A stretch of 64,000 nt of DNA, taken from NCBI GenBank assembly GCA_001189165.1, contig LFCO01000001.1:221592-285591 (forward strand), read 5' to 3'. A program made the translations under genes and the position numbers. The notes under the pieces were generated by a model, which was given only the letters and a program-made list of their open reading frames with translations, had not been told where the DNA came from and did not search any database. Of the stretch, positions 37,834-48,171 are shown piece after piece. Each line of letters begins with the position of its first letter. Within the stretch, counting starts at the first letter, position 1. Origin of the DNA: Parcubacteria bacterium C7867-005. Lineage in GTDB: Bacteria; Patescibacteriota; Minisyncoccia; Phycocordibacterales; Zambryskibacteraceae.

Positions 37834-38424
37834 TTACTCAGAAACAGAGAATCTGACGAAACGACGTATTTCTGTCCTTTCTCCAAACTTCTGTACTGCA
37901 CCATTTATTATATCCTGAATTTTTTGATCTGGATTTTTAATAAATGGCTGATCTAAGAGAACCTTGTCTGCAAAATATGAGTCCACTTTACCGAGGAGGA
38001 TTTTCTCCTGCATCTCTTTTGGTTTATCTGCCACCTCTGCTTTAAAGGTTTCTGCCACAATAGCCCGGTCTTCTTCGCTTATATCTTCTCTTTTTAGATA
38101 CTTTGGACTAGTGGCTGCGACGTGCATGGCAATATCATATGCAATTGCTTTGAACTCAGGGTTCTTGGCAACAAAGTCTGTCTCACAAGAAAGTTCTACC
38201 ATCGTACCAATGAGTCCAGATGCATGTATATAAGAAGCAACAGAGCCTGCTCCAAGTGTACGATCCCCTTTTTTGGAAGCTATCTCCCCTCCTTTTTTCT
38301 GTAATAAAATCCGTGCCTTCTCTTTATCTCCACCAGCTTCTTCAAGTGCCTTCTTACATTGCATTATAGAAAGTCCTGTCTCATCTCTAAGTGACTTGAT
38401 TTCCTCTGTACTGATAGTGGTCAT
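37834..38424 (-). CDS. tsf: Elongation factor Ts (short form)
   Basis: IKSLRDETG..CKKALEE, ELSCETDFVA, IAMHVAA. Confidence 0.97.
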   Translation of the reverse strand: MTTISTEEIKSLRDETGLSIMQCKKALEEAGGDKEKARILLQKKGGEIASKKGDRTLGAGSVASYIHASGLIGTMVELSCETDFVAKNPEFKAIAYDIAMHVAATSPKYLKREDISEEDRAIVAETFKAEVADKPKEMQEKILLGKVDSYFADKVLLDQPFIKNPDQKIQDIINGAVQKFGERTEIRRFVRFSVSE

Positions 38425-38466
38425 AAATAAAAACTATTTCCTAGCTATTAATTAAATTGAAAGAAC

Positions 38467-39201
38467 CTATTTTGTTTCTGCTTGACCCTCAACCGGCTTT
38501 CTTTCTGCCAAACCAGACTTGTATGCTGAAACAATATCTTTGGTTATGAGGTTGATACTTGATACAGAGGCATCGTTCGCTGGGATAGCATAATCAACCG
38601 AGTAGAGGTTACAGTCTGTCCCTGCTAGAGCGACAACTGGTATCTTCATCCTCTTGGCCTCTGATACAGCGATGTGTTCTTTCTTTGGATCTATAACCAC
38701 TAGCAATTTTGGTAATGCTTTCATTAGATATAGACCACTGAAGTATAGGTTCAGCTTGGCTATCTCTCGATCTATGAGCAGTCTCTCTTTCTTGGTGTAT
38801 TTACCTAGTTCACCTTTTTCTTTTTGAGATAAAAGGTTCTCTAGCTTCAAAACTCTTTTCCTTATTTCTGGAAAGTTTGTAAGGGTACCACCGATCCATC
38901 TACCGTTTACATAAGGCATGGAGATAGCCTCACCTGCATTTTTTACTGCTAGACGTGCTTCGCTTTTGCCACCGACGAACAAAACAAGAGAACCCTCCTT
39001 GCCCATGTCACTAACAAACTTTAGAGCTTTTTCGAGTTCTGTCTTTACCTTCTCAAGATCGAATATCTCTATCTTATTTTTTGAACCAAAAATAAAAGGC
39101 TTTGAACTGGGGTGCCTGCGAGATTTAACGAAGCCAAAATGAGCTCCTGCTTTGAAGAGCTCGTCGATTTTTGGGTCCTTTATTAGGGTTTTTTCAGCCA
39201 T
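38467..39201 (-). CDS. rpsB: 30S ribosomal protein S2
   Basis: AGAHFG, RWIGGTLTN, IAVSEAKRMKIPVVA, IPANDAS. Confidence 0.97.
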   Translation of the reverse strand: MAEKTLIKDPKIDELFKAGAHFGFVKSRRHPSSKPFIFGSKNKIEIFDLEKVKTELEKALKFVSDMGKEGSLVLFVGGKSEARLAVKNAGEAISMPYVNGRWIGGTLTNFPEIRKRVLKLENLLSQKEKGELGKYTKKERLLIDREIAKLNLYFSGLYLMKALPKLLVVIDPKKEHIAVSEAKRMKIPVVALAGTDCNLYSVDYAIPANDASVSSINLITKDIVSAYKSGLAERKPVEGQAETK

Positions 39202-39244
39202 AAATTGGTCGAACTATTCTACCAAAAGCCCTTACTTATTGCAA

Positions 39245-40240
39245 TTATTCAGCTTCAGGAGTGTTCTCGACGTCCTCAATAGACTTTGGGTTAGATACAG
39301 ACTCTATAATTGGATCTAGATAGCCTTGGAATATCTTCTCTATATTATGCCAAGATTCTTTGATTCGATGGTCAGTAATGCGATCCTGGAGGATATTGTA
39401 TGTACGAATTTTCTCTGATCTATCTGCTGTACCGATTTGAGATTTTCTGTTTGCTGAATGTTTGGCAGCTTCCTCTTCCTCTTTCTTGGCTTCAAGCTTG
39501 GCAATGAGGATTGACATAGCCATCTCTCTATTTTTGAGCTGGTTCCTCTGTGAAGTTGAGCGTACATCTATTCCAGTGGCCTTATGAATAATGCGTACAG
39601 CTGTCTCAACTTTGTTCACATTCTGTCCTCCGGCTCCGCCAGAACGTGAGGTTTCTATTTCTATATCTGAAGGCTTTATTTCTATTGTTGTTTTTTTGCG
39701 GACAGGCATTATCGCCACAGAAGCTGTCGAGGTATGCACTCTGCCCATCTTTTCTGTCGCCGGAATTCTCTGAATACGGTGAACCCCTGTCTCAAACCGT
39801 AGTTTGCGATAAACATCCTTACCCCTTATCTCAAAAGCTGCTTCTTTATAGCCACCCAAGGCACTCTCTGATGTATAGAGGTTCTGGAAACTCCATCCCT
39901 TAAAACCGGCATATTTGCCGTACATCTCTGCGAGTTCCTGGGCGAAAAGAGCGGCCTCCTCGCCACCAGTACCAGCCCTAACTTCAAGTATCACTTCGTT
40001 TGGGAATTCCTCTTCTTTCTCTTCGTCCTTGAAGATGTTTTCCATATCTCTCAACAACTCAGTTTTTTGAATTTGAATATTTGAGAGCTCTTCTTCAGCA
40101 AGAGACTTCATGGCCTCGTCGCTACCAGCCATGTTTTTTATTTCCTCTTCTTCTTTTGCTAGACGCAAGAAACTATCCGCAAGATAGGCAGTCTTTGGAT
40201 TATCCTTATATTTTTGTATATCGATTTCTGTCATAGACAA
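39245..40240 (-). CDS. prfA: Peptide chain release factor 1
   Basis: PAT stop-recognition motif (IQRIPATE; RF1 type) and GAGGQNVN; start is TTG 40240 or ATG 40234. Confidence 0.95.
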   Translation of the reverse strand: MSMTEIDIQKYKDNPKTAYLADSFLRLAKEEEEIKNMAGSDEAMKSLAEEELSNIQIQKTELLRDMENIFKDEEKEEEFPNEVILEVRAGTGGEEAALFAQELAEMYGKYAGFKGWSFQNLYTSESALGGYKEAAFEIRGKDVYRKLRFETGVHRIQRIPATEKMGRVHTSTASVAIMPVRKKTTIEIKPSDIEIETSRSGGAGGQNVNKVETAVRIIHKATGIDVRSTSQRNQLKNREMAMSILIAKLEAKKEEEEAAKHSANRKSQIGTADRSEKIRTYNILQDRITDHRIKESWHNIEKIFQGYLDPIIESVSNPKSIEDVENTPEAE

Positions 40241-40331
40241 AGAGTAGATTTCTGTGCCTTGCGCAGGCGGGTAGCCGAGCAGAGCAAATTCCAGACTTGG
40301 AATTATGCGTGCAAAAGAAATCTACTCTTTG
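40238..40331 (-). other. Structured rpmE-prfA intergenic RNA closed by a perfect 16-bp stem
   Basis: CAAAGAGTAGATTTCT (40238-40253) is the exact reverse complement of AGAAATCTACTCTTTG (40316-40331); inner hairpin AATTCCA-GACT-TGGAATT. Confidence 0.8.
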
Positions 40332-40582
40332 CTCTTGGCTTTTGCTTGCTTCTGTTTGAATTTCTCTACACGACCAGCTGAGTCGAGAACTTTCTCGAGT
40401 CCGGTGTAAAAAGGATGAGAACTCGATGAAATTTCCACCATGAATACTGGGTACTCTTTGCCGTCTTTAGCTTTGGCTGTTTCTGAAGTAGCTACAGTCG
40501 AAGATATTATAAATTCTGCCCCGTTTGAGCTATCTTTAAATAAGACGGGTCTGTATGTATTTGGATGTATTTCCTTCTTCAT
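40322..40582 (-). CDS. rpmE: 50S ribosomal protein L31 (type B, no Cys)
   Basis: MKKEIHP..YRPVLFKD, VEISSSSHPFYTG, GRVEKF; stop is TAG. Confidence 0.96.
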   Translation of the reverse strand: MKKEIHPNTYRPVLFKDSSNGAEFIISSTVATSETAKAKDGKEYPVFMVEISSSSHPFYTGLEKVLDSAGRVEKFKQKQAKAKSKE

Positions 40583-40605
40583 AAGAAGCCTACTTTAACA
40601 GGGTT

Positions 40606-42033
40606 TTATAGATCCTGCAATGGGTCTATCATAGTGGTCTGAATGGTGGATGCGTGAGATAAAACCGAGTTACCATAGCCCAAACCAACATTTGGGGCAC
40701 CCCCAACACCGTAGCAATTTTTACCAGAATAATATCTGCAAGCAGCCGTCCTCTCGGCAGTTGGAGTACCTGCGCCTGCACCAAGGTCTGCGAGGTAAAT
40801 AGAGGATGCAAAGAAGGCGTCTCTAGCATTCCATGGATCAGGGATCTTTGTGCCTGTGGCACTTTTTATTTTGTCCACAAAAAGTTTCCAAGTTGAGGGA
40901 ATAAACTGCGCTGGACCCATCGCCCCTCCATATCCATAAGAAAGGGGGCAAGAAACCTTGGTTGATAATGGGTCCCTGCCCAAATCATCAACTATGTCCT
41001 GGAGAATAGGTAGGTCTCTGGTTGGATGAATGCCGTTTGAAAATACCCTACCTGAAACCGTACTCTTTGTCTCTCCTGTGGCCAAGTTAGTGATAACACA
41101 GGTACCAACGTTTTTACCAAAGGTACCACTCTCATCCTTACCTGATTCCTGAGTAAAGATACCCAAGAGAAAGGCGGGTCTGACACCCGTTATCTTGCTC
41201 GCTTCCTCTGCGTACTGAAGTGCGGTACCGAACTGAATAGCTGTATCCACATCACGAAGTGGGAAAAGTGCGGCTTTGATTTTGGCTGCTTTCGCCTTCC
41301 TGTCTGCGAGAACCTGACCATAAGTGACCTCCTTGCTCTGGCTTTGAGCTAGTAATGTCTTTTTTTCTGCTTGGCTAATCTCTACCTGTTTCTTATTTGC
41401 CTCAATCACCGCTCGCGCGTCTGCTTCCGCTTCACGTTGTTTGGCCAAAGCCTCTTTCTCTGCTTGAGTCTGAGTTTTATTTCCTCGTAGTTCTTCAAAT
41501 ACTACAGCGAGAGATCGTTGAGTAGCCGCATAGGTGTCTACATCGATAAAAAATTCAGATAAGTTTTTGTTCGAGAGCATCGCCTCTGCTATCGAATATG
41601 AATCGATCTGACTAGTTTTCCTCAATAGTTCGCCGAGGGACCCACGTCCATCTTCTATCTTTTTATCAAGTTGGTTAATCTTTATCTCTTTCTCATTAAT
41701 ATTTTTACCCAAAGAAGCGATGGCCACATTCTTGGCTTTGATATTGGTCTGAGCGAGGTTTATCTTGGCAGTAAGGGCGGCCACGTCTCTAGAAAACGAG
41801 GCGCTCTCCTCTTTTGTACTATTCAAAATACCAGTCCACTGTGCTATCTCTCTCTCACAAGCCTCCAAATCTGCTTGAAGCTGTTGTTTGGTTTTACCTA
41901 CGGTGTTTGTAGTACAAGCATCTTGCTGTGCAATGATAAAACCATGAGGAAGAGCGAAAATGGATACCAGGAACAGACTGAGAAGTGAGAAACGGACACT
42001 TATGAAAAATCCAAATGTGCGTCTAATATTCAT
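40606..42033 (-). CDS. Secreted coiled-coil protein with C-terminal lytic transglycosylase (lysozyme-like) domain
   Basis: Signal/TM, long coiled coil of PcsB/CwlO type, QES catalytic Glu, GAMGPAQFIPSTW, DPWNARDAFFAS. Confidence 0.85.
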   Translation of the reverse strand: MNIRRTFGFFISVRFSLLSLFLVSIFALPHGFIIAQQDACTTNTVGKTKQQLQADLEACEREIAQWTGILNSTKEESASFSRDVAALTAKINLAQTNIKAKNVAIASLGKNINEKEIKINQLDKKIEDGRGSLGELLRKTSQIDSYSIAEAMLSNKNLSEFFIDVDTYAATQRSLAVVFEELRGNKTQTQAEKEALAKQREAEADARAVIEANKKQVEISQAEKKTLLAQSQSKEVTYGQVLADRKAKAAKIKAALFPLRDVDTAIQFGTALQYAEEASKITGVRPAFLLGIFTQESGKDESGTFGKNVGTCVITNLATGETKSTVSGRVFSNGIHPTRDLPILQDIVDDLGRDPLSTKVSCPLSYGYGGAMGPAQFIPSTWKLFVDKIKSATGTKIPDPWNARDAFFASSIYLADLGAGAGTPTAERTAACRYYSGKNCYGVGGAPNVGLGYGNSVLSHASTIQTTMIDPLQDL

Positions 42034-42056
42034 AAGAACAAAATAACCAAGAGGTC

Positions 42057-42707
42057 TTAGGCAGCGGCCACCTCCCCACCTTCGGCAGGAACCTCGTCCT
42101 TGCCTTTCTTCTCAACCTCTATGGCATCTAGATCAAGTGGTTTGACCTCCTCTTCTTTCTCTTCTCTTGGGGCTGATACTAGAGCAACCACCTCTTCGCT
42201 GTTTTCAAGAAGGGTGACACCGGCTGGTATCTTTATGTCTTTGGCCAAAATTTGGCTCTGGAAGTCTACAAGCAAAGATATGTCTGCAACTAGGTTGTGA
42301 GGCAGGTCCTTTGGCATAGCCTCAATCTTTAGATTATGCAGAACCTTAACCAAGGTTCCACCAAGATCCTTGACCGCCAAAGACACACCCTCAAATTCGA
42401 CAGGCACATCAACTTCAACCTTATGACCCTTCTCGAATACATAGAAGTCTGCATGTCTAGGATTATCTGTGACAGGATCAAAATCCACATCGTGGATAAG
42501 GCTCTCTATTGGACCGTTTGCGGTCTCTAAACTCACCACGCTCGATTCACCTACTTCCTTCCATACCTTGAGGAAATCAACCATTTTTATAGAAATAGGG
42601 GTAGATGGCTCTTTTTTGCCATAAAATACTGCAGGGATCATGCCTGCTTTTCTTAAATCACCAAGATTGGCGTTTCTATCCCTGAGTTCTGCCTTCAATT
42701 TAGTCAT
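42057..42707 (-). CDS. rplY: 50S ribosomal protein L25 (CTC form)
   Basis: LRKAGMIPAVFYG, HADFY, VPVEFEG..AVKDLGG. Confidence 0.95.
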   Translation of the reverse strand: MTKLKAELRDRNANLGDLRKAGMIPAVFYGKKEPSTPISIKMVDFLKVWKEVGESSVVSLETANGPIESLIHDVDFDPVTDNPRHADFYVFEKGHKVEVDVPVEFEGVSLAVKDLGGTLVKVLHNLKIEAMPKDLPHNLVADISLLVDFQSQILAKDIKIPAGVTLLENSEEVVALVSAPREEKEEEVKPLDLDAIEVEKKGKDEVPAEGGEVAAA

Positions 42708-42757
42708 TTCTCTATTCTACCCAGAAATTTCAATAAATCAACCCCAATAAACTAGCC

Positions 42758-44404
42758 TTATTCTAGTGCTAGGTGGCTTTCTAGGTATTCCATCGAACCG
42801 TTTACCTTTTTACCTGGATTAAAGATGTTTTGAGGATCAAATATGGTTTTGGTCTCTTGAAATAGATCTAGGATTTCCTTGGAATACATTTTGTTTAAGT
42901 ATGGTGTACGAACAATCCCGTCGTTGTGTTCCCCCGTGATCGAACCACCATATTCAGCTACCAAGTTGTAGATCTTCTCACCGACCTCCCTGATCACTCT
43001 TACATTATCTCTATTCCTCATATCCATCAGTGGAATGATGTGGAAATTACCGTTACCCGCGTGTCCTGCGATGGTGTAGACAAGTTTGTAACTATCTAAT
43101 ATTTTTCTCATCTTTGGTAAGAACTCTGGCATATGCTTTGGTTCGACAACAACGTCATCTATAAACGGGGCTGTTCGGCTCCCGTGTACGTGCTTGCGCA
43201 AAAGACTGAAACTCTCTCGTCTTATGGTCCAGTATTTATTTGACTCTTCTTCGGATTTTGTTTGGCGAGTAACAAACCCAAAATGCTTTATTTTATTCTC
43301 TAGGTTTTGCATCTTTTGATTTATCTCTTGTTCTGACTTCCCTGCATATTCAACAAGTACAATAAGTTTTGGTATGCCCCCCCGAAGCATCATAAATGCT
43401 TCGGGGATAAAAGAGAGGAGGAGTTTAAAAAAGTTCTTGGCCTTCATGGTGCGGAGCATCTCAGGAAAAAATCTAAACGCGAGCTTCATGGTGGCGTCAT
43501 CATAGGTCTCTACGGACTCTGGTGTGGTAGGCAAGACCTCATTCACCAAATCTGCAAGATGTGTGAGGTCTCGCATGAAAATAACAAAAAGTTTGCTCTT
43601 TGATTCTACGGGTACAAGTTTTATTTTGGCTTCAGTCACTAAACCTAAGGTTCCCTGAGAGCCTACGATGAGTTTATTTAAATCAAAGAATCCTTCATTT
43701 CGTTCAGGATCTACGACATTCCACAAAAAATATCCGGCTGAATTCTTGGAAACTTTTGGTTTGGCTTCGTTTATTTTTTGTTTATTGCTCTCTATTAGTT
43801 CAAAAAGTTTTTTATAAGTATTGCCCTCAAAGTCCCCTTGATTCATTTTGGTCTCTAATTCCTCGCGAGAAAGTGGTTTGATTTCGTATTCTCTACCGTC
43901 TGAAAAAATCACTTTGGATTCGAGAACAAAGTTTTCCATCTTGCCATACCGTAAAGTTTTCTCTCCGGCACAATTATTGCCTATCATCCCTCCTATGGCA
44001 TTGAGGTTCTTCGAAGCTGTGTAACAAGGCAAAATCAGACCTTTTTCGAGTGTTTTGGGCTCAAAATCTCTATAGTAGACACCCGGCTCTACTATTGTCC
44101 CATCTCTATTGATCTCACCAATATGGTTCATATGACGCATCAGATCAACAATGATCGATTCACCAAGTGGGCCACCAGACATACAAGATCCAGCTGCACG
44201 GATAGTAATAGAAAGTCTGCTGTCGACGCCCTTCTGGTCTGAAACAAACTTGACCAAGTTTTCTATATCGCTTGCATCCTTAGGAAAAACCACGAGCTTC
44301 GGCTTAACCACGAACAGACTGGCGTCGTGACTATAAGTCTCCAGGATATCTTCGCTATCCTCTACCTCACCTTTGAAAAATTTTTTAATTTCTTCTTTAA
44401 GCAT
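42758..44404 (-). CDS. FAD-binding oxidoreductase (GlcD / D-lactate dehydrogenase-like)
   Basis: YSHDAS, RAAGSCMSG, GGMIGNN, GSQGTLG, GHAGNGNFH, GSITGEHNDG, FDPQNIFNPGK. Confidence 0.9.
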   Translation of the reverse strand: MLKEEIKKFFKGEVEDSEDILETYSHDASLFVVKPKLVVFPKDASDIENLVKFVSDQKGVDSRLSITIRAAGSCMSGGPLGESIIVDLMRHMNHIGEINRDGTIVEPGVYYRDFEPKTLEKGLILPCYTASKNLNAIGGMIGNNCAGEKTLRYGKMENFVLESKVIFSDGREYEIKPLSREELETKMNQGDFEGNTYKKLFELIESNKQKINEAKPKVSKNSAGYFLWNVVDPERNEGFFDLNKLIVGSQGTLGLVTEAKIKLVPVESKSKLFVIFMRDLTHLADLVNEVLPTTPESVETYDDATMKLAFRFFPEMLRTMKAKNFFKLLLSFIPEAFMMLRGGIPKLIVLVEYAGKSEQEINQKMQNLENKIKHFGFVTRQTKSEEESNKYWTIRRESFSLLRKHVHGSRTAPFIDDVVVEPKHMPEFLPKMRKILDSYKLVYTIAGHAGNGNFHIIPLMDMRNRDNVRVIREVGEKIYNLVAEYGGSITGEHNDGIVRTPYLNKMYSKEILDLFQETKTIFDPQNIFNPGKKVNGSMEYLESHLALE

Positions 44405-45251
44405 CCATTTTGTTGAAAACTTTGAGCTTTGCTGTGACCAGCTTCTTCATCTCTTCTACACCATCAGCCATGAATTTATAAGGGGCGAGCTCGTCTGTAC
44501 TCATCCCTTTTTCTATACCCTTTTTGTATGCCTGACGTAGCTCTGTGTTTATGTGTACGATGCGTATGCCTGCATCTATGGCCTCACCAACCTCTTTGTC
44601 TGTATTTCCTGATGCGCCGTGTAGCACAAGAGGGATTTTTACTGCATCAGCGATCTCTTTAATTCTTTTGATGTTGAGTTCTGGCTCGCCAGCTTTGATT
44701 AGTCCATGAATATTGCCTACTGACGGGGCAAATAGATCCACACATGTCTCGTCCACGAATTTCTTAGCATCTTCGACGGTTGTTTGGGTTTCTTCTGAGA
44801 CCCCGTCTGGTATTTCATCTCGAAGCATTGAGCCTGAACCGATAAAGCCAAGCTCTCCTTCGACGAGCATTCCAGGATGATGTTCTCTTGCATAATTCAC
44901 CACTTCCTTGGTCATAGCTACATTTTCAAAGAATGGCTTTTCTGCTCCATCGATAATTACTTCATCAAACTTATTATCTACAGCTTCTTTTGAGGCATCT
45001 ACTGAGTAGGTATGATCTGCATTAAGAAAAACCGGTAAACCCTTTTCCTGACTAACACTGACTAAAGCTCTGATTTCTGCTACTCCCAAAAATCCTCTCT
45101 CCTTTTCTGATACTCCGATAATCACCGGTACTCCTAGTTCAGTTGCAGAATCGACAACAGCCCTAAACCCCTCAGAATCTGAGACATTGAAATGTCCTAT
45201 CGCCACTCCCTTTTCTTCAGCCCAATTAATCCAGTCTTTTAAAGTTTTCAT
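44397..45251 (-). CDS. fba: Class II fructose-bisphosphate aldolase
   Basis: AIGHFN, NADH, VEGELG, SVGNIHG, LVLHGASG, HINTE. Confidence 0.93.
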   Translation of the reverse strand: MKTLKDWINWAEEKGVAIGHFNVSDSEGFRAVVDSATELGVPVIIGVSEKERGFLGVAEIRALVSVSQEKGLPVFLNADHTYSVDASKEAVDNKFDEVIIDGAEKPFFENVAMTKEVVNYAREHHPGMLVEGELGFIGSGSMLRDEIPDGVSEETQTTVEDAKKFVDETCVDLFAPSVGNIHGLIKAGEPELNIKRIKEIADAVKIPLVLHGASGNTDKEVGEAIDAGIRIVHINTELRQAYKKGIEKGMSTDELAPYKFMADGVEEMKKLVTAKLKVFNKMDA

Positions 45252-45296
45252 CTGTTTATTTTAACACGGGAGCAAGGGTCATGATAGAATAAAAAG

Positions 45297-46295
45297 ATGA
45301 AAGAATACGACTTTATAGCTATTGGGGACATAGTGACTGATGCTTTTATCAATCTAGATGAAAAATTTGAAAAAGTAGAAGGCGTTACCGGCCATCCTGG
45401 TTACAACCTATGTATACCTTTTGGCGATAAGATCCCCTACGAGTCTGTAGAGATCGTCCGGGCCGTTGGCAACAGCGCAAATGCCGCGGTCTCTGCCGCA
45501 CGGCTGGGCCTCAAATCCGCCCTTTCTTCAAACATCGGGGATGACACAAACGGCAAAGAATGCCTTGAGACCTTAGAAAAAGAGCATGTGGCTACAGAGT
45601 TTGTGAAGGTGAATCAAGGCAAGATCACTAATTACCACTACGTGCTCTGGTATGGGGACGATAGGACTATATTAGTCAAACACCAAAATTATGATCACTT
45701 ACTTCCAAATTTTGGTTCCCCAAAGTGGCTCTACCTATCATCTCTCGGCGAACACACTCTTGAATACCACAAAGAAATTGCAGAATACCTAAAACAACAT
45801 CCCGAAGTCTCTCTCGCTTTTCAGCCAGGTACGTACCAGATGATGTTTGGGAAGGAAGCACTCAAAGACATATACAATCAAACAAAGATACTTTTTTGTA
45901 ATATTGAAGAGGCTGGAAGGATCTTGGGTATCACCACACTTGGTACTGAAGAATTGTTGAAAAGAATGTTTGAACTTGGACCAAAGATAATAGTACTAAC
46001 AGATGGAGCTAAGGGCGCCTATGCTTATGACGGCAAGGAAATGTGGTTTGTCCCCCCTTATCCTGACATAGCACCACCCGTTGAGCGCACTGGTGCCGGA
46101 GATGCATTCGCCTCTACTACTGTTTCTGCCCTAGCTATGGGCAAAGATCTACCAACGGCACTTTCTTGGGGTGCTATAAACTCTATGTCCGTTGTCCAAG
46201 AAGTCGGTGCACAGAAAGGATTGTTGGGTAAGGAAAAGATTGAAAATTATCTAGCATCCGCCCCCGCTGAATTCAAAGCGAGAAAATTGAACTAA
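45297..46295 (+). CDS. PfkB-family carbohydrate kinase
   Basis: GNSANAAVSAARLG and ERTGAGDAFAS signatures. Confidence 0.93.
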   Translation: MKEYDFIAIGDIVTDAFINLDEKFEKVEGVTGHPGYNLCIPFGDKIPYESVEIVRAVGNSANAAVSAARLGLKSALSSNIGDDTNGKECLETLEKEHVATEFVKVNQGKITNYHYVLWYGDDRTILVKHQNYDHLLPNFGSPKWLYLSSLGEHTLEYHKEIAEYLKQHPEVSLAFQPGTYQMMFGKEALKDIYNQTKILFCNIEEAGRILGITTLGTEELLKRMFELGPKIIVLTDGAKGAYAYDGKEMWFVPPYPDIAPPVERTGAGDAFASTTVSALAMGKDLPTALSWGAINSMSVVQEVGAQKGLLGKEKIENYLASAPAEFKARKLN

Positions 46296-46300
46296 GTAAT

Positions 46301-47287
46301 TTATTGTTTGATCAACTCCCTTACTGCTTTTGTGATATCTTTCTCTCCCATTCCATAATGTTCGATTAGCTCGTCCGGTGTTCCCGATTGCCCAAAAACA
46401 TCATCGACACCTATGAACCGCATTGGCACAGGATTATTTTTAGCCAGACATTCGGCAACCGCACTGCCCATACCTCCACGGATTTGATGCTCCTCTACGG
46501 TTACTATATTCCCAGTCTTCTGGGCTAAAGCGATTATCGCCTTTTCATCTAGCGGTTTAATAGTAGAAAGATTCATCACCTCAACTTCTAGGCCCTCTTT
46601 TTCTAATGATTTGGCTGACATCAAGGCTCTGTGGAGAAGCGCTCCAGTGGCTATGATACCCACTTTAGGTTTTTTTGACTGCCAAAATATCTGTGCCTTA
46701 CCTATTTCAAATGGAGTATCAACTGTGGTCATGACCGGAGTCTTCTCGCGTGCCAGGCGCAAATAAACCGGAGTACCGGTTTTGGCAGCGGCTATGGTGG
46801 CTTTCTTGGCTTCTATCGCATCACATGGAGAGATAACTACCATTCGAGGAATAACACGAGTAATAGCCAAGTCTTCGACCGCCTGGTGAGTCCCCCCATC
46901 CGGACCAACAGAAATACCAGCGTGTGACCCGACTATTTTTACTGGTCTATCGTTGTAACAAATAGTTGTTCTTATTTGTTCCCAATTTCTTCCTGGAGAA
47001 AACATCGCGTAGCTCGTTATAAATGGTATTTTACCCATAGCCGCCATACCCGAAGCTACAGAAGCAAGGTTTTGTTCAGCCACACCTATCTCCACAAATC
47101 TATTAGGAAACTTTTCCTTAAAAAGATGCATCTGGGTAGATTCGGTCAAATCCGCGCATAGACCAACAACCTGAGGATCGTTCTCACCAGCAACTACCAA
47201 ACCCTCTCCAAAACCCTTACGAATTGGGGACTGTTCAACGTCCTTATCGAACATCTTTGTATTCAGTTTTAGATCGGGATTAATCAT
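46301..47287 (-). CDS. Transketolase, C-terminal (pyrimidine-binding/C) subunit
   Basis: IGVAEQN, GPDGGTHQ, PVYLRL, TVEEHQ..GG.GSAV. Confidence 0.95.
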   Translation of the reverse strand: MINPDLKLNTKMFDKDVEQSPIRKGFGEGLVVAGENDPQVVGLCADLTESTQMHLFKEKFPNRFVEIGVAEQNLASVASGMAAMGKIPFITSYAMFSPGRNWEQIRTTICYNDRPVKIVGSHAGISVGPDGGTHQAVEDLAITRVIPRMVVISPCDAIEAKKATIAAAKTGTPVYLRLAREKTPVMTTVDTPFEIGKAQIFWQSKKPKVGIIATGALLHRALMSAKSLEKEGLEVEVMNLSTIKPLDEKAIIALAQKTGNIVTVEEHQIRGGMGSAVAECLAKNNPVPMRFIGVDDVFGQSGTPDELIEHYGMGEKDITKAVRELIKQ

Positions 47288-48152
47288 TGTGGTGTCCGGT
47301 TATCTTTCCACCTAACGAGCGAAGCTCGCGGATAGCCATCTCTGCTTCTTCTTTATTTGGTGGTTTACCGTGCCAGCGATAATCTCTTTCAAAATCCTTC
47401 ACTCCCTTGCCTGGTATGGTATGAGCAATGATCATGGTTGGTTTCTCATAAACCGTCTTGGCCATATTAAAAGCATCTACGATCTCTTCTATATTGTGTC
47501 CATCAATCTCTATCACATGCCAGTTCCATGCTCTCCATTTATCTGCGAGTGGTTCAAGGGGCATGATATCTTCGGTATACCCATCTATCTGGATATTATT
47601 CCTGTCGATAATCCCAACTAGATTATTTAATTTATTTTTGCCTGCAAGCATCGCCCCTTCCCATATATTGCCAGATTCAAGTTCCCCATCCGACAGAAGA
47701 CAATAAATTCTCTTGCCGCCGGTTGTACCGACATCTATTTTTTCTGCAAGAGCCATACCAACTGCTTGTGAAAGTCCTGAAGCAAGGGGACCGGAGCTGG
47801 TTTCAAGCATCGGCAACCATTCTCTATGGGGATGACCTTGTAGTCGTGAACCAAATTTGCGCAGAGTCTTCAATTCTTCTATGGGGAAATATCCTGCGTG
47901 TGCCATTGTGGCATAAAGCACTGGACAGATATGACCATTCGAAAGAACCACTCTATCCCTCTCAGGCCAGGTTGGTTCACTTGGTTTATGATTTAGGATA
48001 TAAAAATACAAAACAGTAAAGATATCTGTCATACCCAATGGACCAGCCGTGTGACCCGAACCAGCCACAAGGAGCATATCTATAATAGAAAGTCTGATGT
48101 CATTGGCCTTCTCCTCAAGTTCTTGTCGACGTTCGTCAGAAATATTACTCAT
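47280..48152 (-). CDS. Transketolase, N-terminal (TPP-binding) subunit
   Basis: GSGH, DRVVLSNGH, LQGHP, SDGELESG..WE, DRNNIQIDG, TIPGKGV, WHG. Confidence 0.95.
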   Translation of the reverse strand: MSNISDERRQELEEKANDIRLSIIDMLLVAGSGHTAGPLGMTDIFTVLYFYILNHKPSEPTWPERDRVVLSNGHICPVLYATMAHAGYFPIEELKTLRKFGSRLQGHPHREWLPMLETSSGPLASGLSQAVGMALAEKIDVGTTGGKRIYCLLSDGELESGNIWEGAMLAGKNKLNNLVGIIDRNNIQIDGYTEDIMPLEPLADKWRAWNWHVIEIDGHNIEEIVDAFNMAKTVYEKPTMIIAHTIPGKGVKDFERDYRWHGKPPNKEEAEMAIRELRSLGGKITGHHND

Positions 48153-48171
48153 CTAAAAATTATACCACCTA

